A DNA stretch of 64,000 nt from Chrysomallon squamiferum (lineage: Eukaryota; Animalia; Mollusca). This document shows positions 57,771 through 64,000 of the stretch, piece after piece; position 1 is the stretch's first letter; every line of letters starts with the position of its first letter. The position numbers and the translations under genes are program-made. Under the pieces are notes generated by a model. It was given only the letters and a program-made list of their open reading frames with translations, was not told the DNA's origin and ran no database searches. The stretch is from assembly GCA_012295275.1 (NCBI GenBank), contig CM022679.1, positions 14,446,001 through 14,510,000 of the forward strand. Reading direction: 5' to 3'.

Positions 57771-57884
57771 AAATCCGGAATACTATGTAAAGACTGTATT
57801 CATTTTACTGAGGTTATGCTGAGATTTACGATCAGTTTTGTCATCTGATCTCAGTTAAAATATTTAATAGTATCTAAATAGCGG

Positions 57885-58130
57885 ATTCATGTTATTAAAA
57901 ATAACACACAAAAACACGTATGTATTCAGGATGACACATGTTACTCAGAATAATATATAAAAGCATTCAGAATCACTCATGTTACTCACAGCAATATGTA
58001 AAAGCACATTTTTATTCAGGATCTCATACATTAGTCAAAACAATATATAGAAGTACATAATATGTAGTGAGGATGATATTGATTTCTCAAAATAATGTAC
58101 AAGATCACAAATTGATTAAATATTTTTGCA
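57885..58130. repeat. Degenerate ~45-50-bp tandem repeat (~5 copies)
   Basis: Recurring ATTCAGGAT..CATGTTACTCARAAYAATATRTAAAAGCA. Confidence 0.5.
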
Positions 58131-58254
58131 ATATGTGATCAAAACATGTTTTCATTACTAACTAACACAGCCCATCAAACTGTTCTGCTCTAAAGCATTT
58201 CAATTAAGCATAGGTGTGTATAGTCTAGCATTCTATCTGACTGCTTCTCTGACT

Positions 58255-58805
58255 CTATGACTATTAGCTGTATGATTGTTAGCTGTATGACTATTAGGTT
58301 ATGATTATTATGTGTACGACTTAGATCGTATTACTATTAGGTCTATGACTATTAGCAATATGACTATTAGCTGTATGACTATTAGCTGTATGGACTGTTA
58401 GCTGTATGACTATTAGGTGTATAACTTTTAGATGTGTAACTATTAGCTGTACGACTTTTAGATTTATTACTATTAGGTGTATGTATTAGGTGTGTGACTA
58501 TTAAGTGTGTAGCTATTAGTGTATGACTATTAGATGTATGATTATTAGATGTATGACTTTTTTATTATATGACTGTTAGGTGTATGACTGTTAGGTGTAT
58601 GACTATTAGGTTTATGACTATTAGGTGTATGAATATTAGATGCAAGACTATTACGTATATGACTATTAGATGTATGACTATTAGCTGTATTAGTATTAGG
58701 TGTACAATTATTAGGTCTATGACTGTTTGGTGTATGACTATTTGGTGTATGACTGTTTGGTGTATGACTGTTTGGTGTATGACTGTTTGGTGTATGACTG
58801 TTATG
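58255..58805. repeat. 15-bp minisatellite (~36 copies)
   Basis: Unit TGTATGACTATTAGN, drifting to TGTATGACTGTTTGG at the 3' end. Confidence 0.9.
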
Positions 58806-59180
58806 TATGTGACCTTTGGTACGTATAACTAATGGGGGAATAAACGAACCCCCAGATTTGTTTGCCTCTGTCTCATTTTATATCACCACCCATCTCTTTA
58901 AATCTAATTGTATGTTTATCTGCACAGAGGCTCCAGACAGTTGGGTTTTTAACTCTTTCCGAGTAAATTCTTCTTCTGTAGATTTCCTGGATGGCTTACT
59001 GGAGCTAATGTTGTGTATTTTATTGTTGCATCGTTTACGCATCCACGTTATTTCGGTAAAAGCTGGTAAGGATTAACAGCCTACAGGCTGAGGCTGTCCT
59101 TTGTTGTCTAATATTGTCTATTTTTGTTTCAATTTGTCCCAGTTCAACTCTCAACTTGTACCAATATCTATATCTATCTA

Positions 59181-59214
<34 letters not shown>

Positions 59215-59547
59215 CATCTATCTATGTACATTTTCCTTGATATTATTAACAGTATCAGGTTGTATATTCATACACACACAGACACACACACACATACAGA
59301 CAGAGAGACACAAACACAATCCTCTTACTCTGAATTGATATAGCAAAGTGTAAAGTACGTTAACCAATATTTTTCTGTTTTCATACAAACTGAAAACTGA
59401 TTTTACTCTCATTTACATAGGCGTGTCATTAACATGAGATATAAAATCGTGAACATTTCTGTGTAATTCTGTTATGGATATGAATATATAAATATATATA
59501 TTACAGCAATACATATATATACATACATGCATACATACATACGTATA

Positions 59548-59587
<40 letters not shown>

Positions 59588-60659
59588 CTCATACACACAT
59601 AAACACAAACGGACATATCCATACACACATTCTGATAACGTCCATTGTTATTATTATTATTGTTGTAGTATTATTAGTATTAGTAGTAGTAATAGTATTA
59701 ATTGTGTTAGTGATAGTGATAACTGTAGTAGTAGTCGCTGTTGTTGTCCTTGTTGTTGCAGACGTATATAGTAGTGTTAGTTGTTATTGTTAACGTATTT
59801 AGATAAAACAATTACTTAAAAATATACATTCAGCTTGTTTGACTGCCTCTGTAAGGTTAGTTAACCTTAAGACCAGAAGGCCCAGATCCGCCATATTAAT
59901 TTTATATAAGTTGACCTGTAATATATAATACTAAAATATAAGCAATGGAACTACGCAAATTATCGATTTTATACATCACGTGATGGTTGTATAAACGTGG
60001 TGGAGCAGTGACTAAGATGGTTAGTAGATATGTTCGTCTCTTTGTTTAATTTACATATTTATTTGTTTGTTTGTTTGTTTGTTTATTTGCTTGTTTATTT
60101 GTTTATTTGTATGTTTGTTTATTTATATATTTATTTCTGTAACATTAATTTTTATTATTTAGAGTGTATATTTACATATTTATTTCAAAAAAGAAAAATG
60201 ATGGACAAATTCATGCATTTATTTAATCTTTCGTCTGTTTATCTGTTTGTCTTTTACATAATTTTTTATATACAGGTACGTCTTTCTTTTTTTTTTGCAT
60301 TTTATTTATTTCGGTTAATTATTTTCACTTTTTATTTTCATGCTTTTTAAGCATTTATGATTTAATTGACGCATTAATGAATTAATTCCATGGGTACATA
60401 AATTAATTTACTTCACGTACATATATATTTATTTATTTTACGCATTATTTACAATAACATTATAATGACAGAATTTCAGTTTTGTTAGAGATAAAAAAAA
60501 ATTACTGAATATAAATTGAATAACTGCTCACAAACAATGTACATTCAAATAAAAATACTAGCAAAAACTATTCAGAACAGATGATGTTTTGAATGACATA
60601 ACATTTATTCAGTGCATAATTTAATATTAACATTTATTAAATAAATTTTATATACTAAT

Positions 60660-61035
60660 ACTAGAGAAGAAACTCGATCCCACTTTCCTGTGGGTTTCTC
60701 TTACCGATTAGCAGGAAGCGATAATTTCTATATACGTTCCCACTGGCTGGAAAGCATATACTACAGTTTTTGATCAGACACAGAACATTTCATGTGAAGG
60801 AAATTTACCGGTGGGAGAAGTGATCTTGCAGTCTGTTAATCCTCTAGAAAAAAAACACCTGTGACTAAATGAAGGAAAGAAGTAAATGTTTTATTTAACC
60901 ATATTCTCGGCGTATTTAATTTGCAGTAATTTGGACATACTGTTAAAAACCACTCAAAGAGACACAGAAAGGAAACTCGCTGCTGTCACTTTCTGGGTTA
61001 TTCTTTTCTGTTAGCAGCAAGATTTGTTTTACAAG
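60660..61035. mobile_element. Two tandem degenerate fragments of an interspersed (SINE-like) repeat
   Basis: Both contain GAAACTCG...CACTTTC..GGGTT..TCTT....TTAGCAG(C/G)AAG (~60669-60718 and ~60972-61021). A more degraded copy appears near 41572-41700. Confidence 0.5.
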
Positions 61036-61230
61036 CAACTTTTATTTAACAATTAATTCATTTTATTTTTGTACACATTTTGGTGCTACATTAATACATA
61101 TTTCTGTTTGGTTGTTTGTTTGTTTTTTGGTGGGGTTTGTTGGTAGGTTCTTTTTGTTTTGTTTTGTTTTTGCTTTTTTCATTTTCAAAATTTATGTTTG
61201 TTTTAAATTCTTGTGTTATTTCAGGTGAAG

Positions 61231-62739
61231 ATGAAGTACATTTTAACTGTCAGTTTACTTATATTGATAGCTTTGCCCTCAACTATCGGTAAGTTCAAAA
61301 AAATAAAAATAACAAATAAAACAATAAAAAATAAATAAATAAAACATAAATAATCTAATATTAAAACATAAGTTAAAGATAACTAAAATATCTGAAAGTT
61401 TTTATTTCAGTCAAGGTTACGTTTTATATTGATCATGTACAGCAAAACTGGACCAAGATGTCATAATGTAATGAATGGCATTTAATAAATTAAGCAAACA
61501 ATAACAACAACGTATATCAAATAATAAAAATCATAATAATGTATTTTAATTTATATATCAACTTAAGCTACTAGATTGATTATTTTATCTAGTAAGATAA
61601 ACCATAGTGGTTTGTATTAATTATTATAATCTGGTGATATAATCCATACTGATGTATTTTAATTATCACATCCACGTAGAATAAAAAAGTAAAAAAAAGA
61701 CTCTATTGTATTTTAATTATTGTGTCTATTGATACAAACAGTAGTTAATTCTATTAATTATCCTATGCCACCAAGATCAACCATAGTGATGTATTTTGAA
61801 ATATTGTATCTTCTGAAGTAAACACTGAAATTATTGCATCTACAGATAAAAATCATAGTGATGTATTTTAATTGTTTTATCTAATAATGTAATGTAAGGT
61901 AGCGCATATTAATGACAATATGAGTAGAATAATTTAAACTTGTAACGTATGAAACAAAACATGTAAAATGATATGAAAGGGGATTCAGGACAAAGAGTAA
62001 TAAAAAAACCCTGCTTATGCTGTAATAAATTACATGTGTGGTATAGTCAGATATCGCGTCCTGAATAATTGAATGGGCAGTTCACTCGAAGGCACTCAGC
62101 TATACAAATACAGTGCACTCTGAAACAGATTAAAATAAAAACAATGATAACAGTATCAGGTTTTTAATAGTTTGTAAATAATACCTAATAATAATAATAA
62201 TAATACCTAATAATGTTGTTAAACAAATGTTTAAATGTGTGTGTAAATATAGACAGACACACAGATATGCATATAACAGGGCAATGCGTGTATGTGAGTA
62301 CGTATGAGTGAGTACGTATGTGTATCTGTGTGTATCTCTCTGTGTGTATCTCTGTGTGTGTATATATATATGATCTAGATACAGATAGAGAGAGAGAGAC
62401 AAATGCATATGCAGCGACTCGCAAGATAGTATGTATGTATATATGTGTGTGTTTGTGTGTGTGACTGTTTGTGTCTCTGTTTGTGTTTATGCGTATGTGT
62501 TGAAGCATGTATGTGAGTATACTAAGGTGTCATTAGTTATTTATTTTGTTACAGGTGTCAGCTCTCGTAGACACATATGCTATTTCTTGTCGACGTATTA
62601 CAAGCGGCCAGCAAATGCGCCATTTTCTGTCAAAAGACTTGGATCCGTCATTGTGTAGTCAAATCGTTTACTCGTTCGCTCACATCGATCCTCCGAAAAA
62701 TTCGATAAAATACGAAAACACCGCCAAGAACAAGCAGGA
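61231..62739 (+). CDS. GH18 chitinase / chitinase-like protein, first two coding exons (gene continues beyond the recognisable region); 1-nt frameshift in exon 2
   Basis: Exon 61231-61288 encodes a signal peptide (MKYILTVSLLILIALPSTIG, phase-1 GTAAGT donor). Exon 62555-62739 encodes RHICYFLSTYYKRPANAPFSVK/DLDPSLCSQIVYSFAHID, matching the GH18 N-terminal pattern CYxxxW/YxxRPxxxxFxxxDIDPxLCTHIIYAFA. The frame joins if one A is removed from 62632-62635. The catalytic DxxDxDxE exon is not seen in the window. Confidence 0.8.
61540..61885. repeat. Degenerate ~45-50-bp tandem repeat in the chitinase intron
   Basis: Recurring CCATAGTGATGTATTTTAATTAT...ATCTA. Confidence 0.55.
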
Positions 62740-63049
62740 GTGAGTTTGATAAAATTGTCAGGAAATTCAGAATTTAGATTTCGTCTTAATGAACATCAAT
62801 ATCGTTGCCTTCGGCATCTTACATAACATCATCATCATCATCATCATCATGTCATCATCACAATTATCATCAAACAGTAGAATCATAATTTGGGATCCTG
62901 GAATATCGCAAAAGAGCTAAAGCAACTGCAATAACTTTGAGGATGATGATGATTATGATGATTGTAACAATGATAACAATATCTACGTCTTTCTATTTTT
63001 TCCTTTCGTCTCCCCTTCCTTACTTCTTCCCTACTTTACCCCCTCTCTC

Positions 63050-63840
63050 TCTCTGTCTCTCACTTCCTTAACTCTCTCTCTCTCTCTGTCTCTCACTTCC
63101 TTAATCTCTCTCCTTCCTTAACTCTCTTCTTCCTTAACTCTCTTTCTTTCCTTAACTCTCTTCTTCCTTAACTCTCTTCTTCCTTAACTCTCTCTTCTTC
63201 CTTAACTCTCTTCTTCCTTAACTCTCTCTCTCTTCTTCCTTAACTCTCTTCTTCCTTAACTCTCTCTCCTTCCTTAACTCTCTTCTTCCTTAACTCTCTC
63301 TCCTTCCTTCTTCTCTCTCTCTCCTTCCTTAACTCTCTCTCCTTCCTTAACTCTCTCTCTCTCCTTCCTTAACTCTCTCCTTCCTTAACTCTCTCTCCTT
63401 CCTTAACTCTCTCTCCTTCCTTAACTCTCTTCTTCCTTAACTCTCTCTCTTCCTTAACTCTCTCTCCTTCCTTAACTCTCTTCTTCCTTTTCTCCTTCCT
63501 TAACTCTCTTCTTCCTTAACTCTCTTCTTCCTTAACTCTCTTCTTCCTTAACTATCGTCTTCCTTAACTCTCTTCTTCCTTAACTCTCTCTCTCCTTCCT
63601 TAACTCTTTCTCCTTCCTTAACTCTCTTCTTCCTTGACTCTCTTCTTCCTTAACTCTCTCTCCTTCCTTAACTATCGTCTTCCTTAACTCTCTCTCCTTC
63701 CTTAACTCTCTTCTTCCTTAACTCTCTCTTCTTCCTTGACTCTCTTCTTCCTTAACTCTTTCTCCTTCCTTAACTCTCTTCTTCCTTAACTCTCTTCTTC
63801 ATTAACTCTCTCTCCTTCCTTAACTCTCTCTCCTTCTTTA
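63050..63840. repeat. Pyrimidine-rich ~17-21-bp minisatellite
   Basis: Unit TTCCTTAACTCTC(TC/TTC)n, about 40 copies. Confidence 0.9.
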
Positions 63841-63899
63841 CCTCAATCCTTTTCCTTACATCTTTCCCTTCCTTTCTTTTTGTTACCTCTCTCCCTTTC

Positions 63900-64000
<101 letters not shown>

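Noticed and set aside
58816-59160. Unique block with an 86-aa ORF; one minus frame is vaguely LINE/RNase H-like
   Set aside because: No diagnostic motif or convincing splice structure; cannot be supported without a database search.

Overview
AT-rich, microsatellite-dense animal genomic DNA with spliceosomal introns. The repeat content and gene families look molluscan, probably gastropod (inference). Reading across splice sites gives five genes. (1) A 6-exon BDH1/SDR9C-like short-chain dehydrogenase on + (7461-17137). (2) A class A GPCR with an uninterrupted CDS nested antisense in its first coding intron (10504-11598). (3) A 15-exon SLC5 sodium:solute symporter of the NIS/SMVT/SMCT clade on - (33555-18391), intact except for one homopolymer frameshift and a GC donor. 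(4) Its head-to-head inverted paralogue on + (38872-54378), a multiply disabled pseudogene carrying an Academ-type transposon and a Tc1/pogo-type MITE. (5) The first two coding exons of a GH18 chitinase-like gene (61231 onward), also with a homopolymer frameshift. The strongest observations are exon-restricted gene-conversion patches between the inverted SLC5 copies, a 42-bp in-frame minisatellite that multiplies a 5' splice site in the SDR gene, loss of sodium-pocket and DRY residues in the nested GPCR, and a speculative monocarboxylate/ketone-body transport-oxidise-sense neighbourhood. Most ORFs in the supplied track are microsatellite artefacts.
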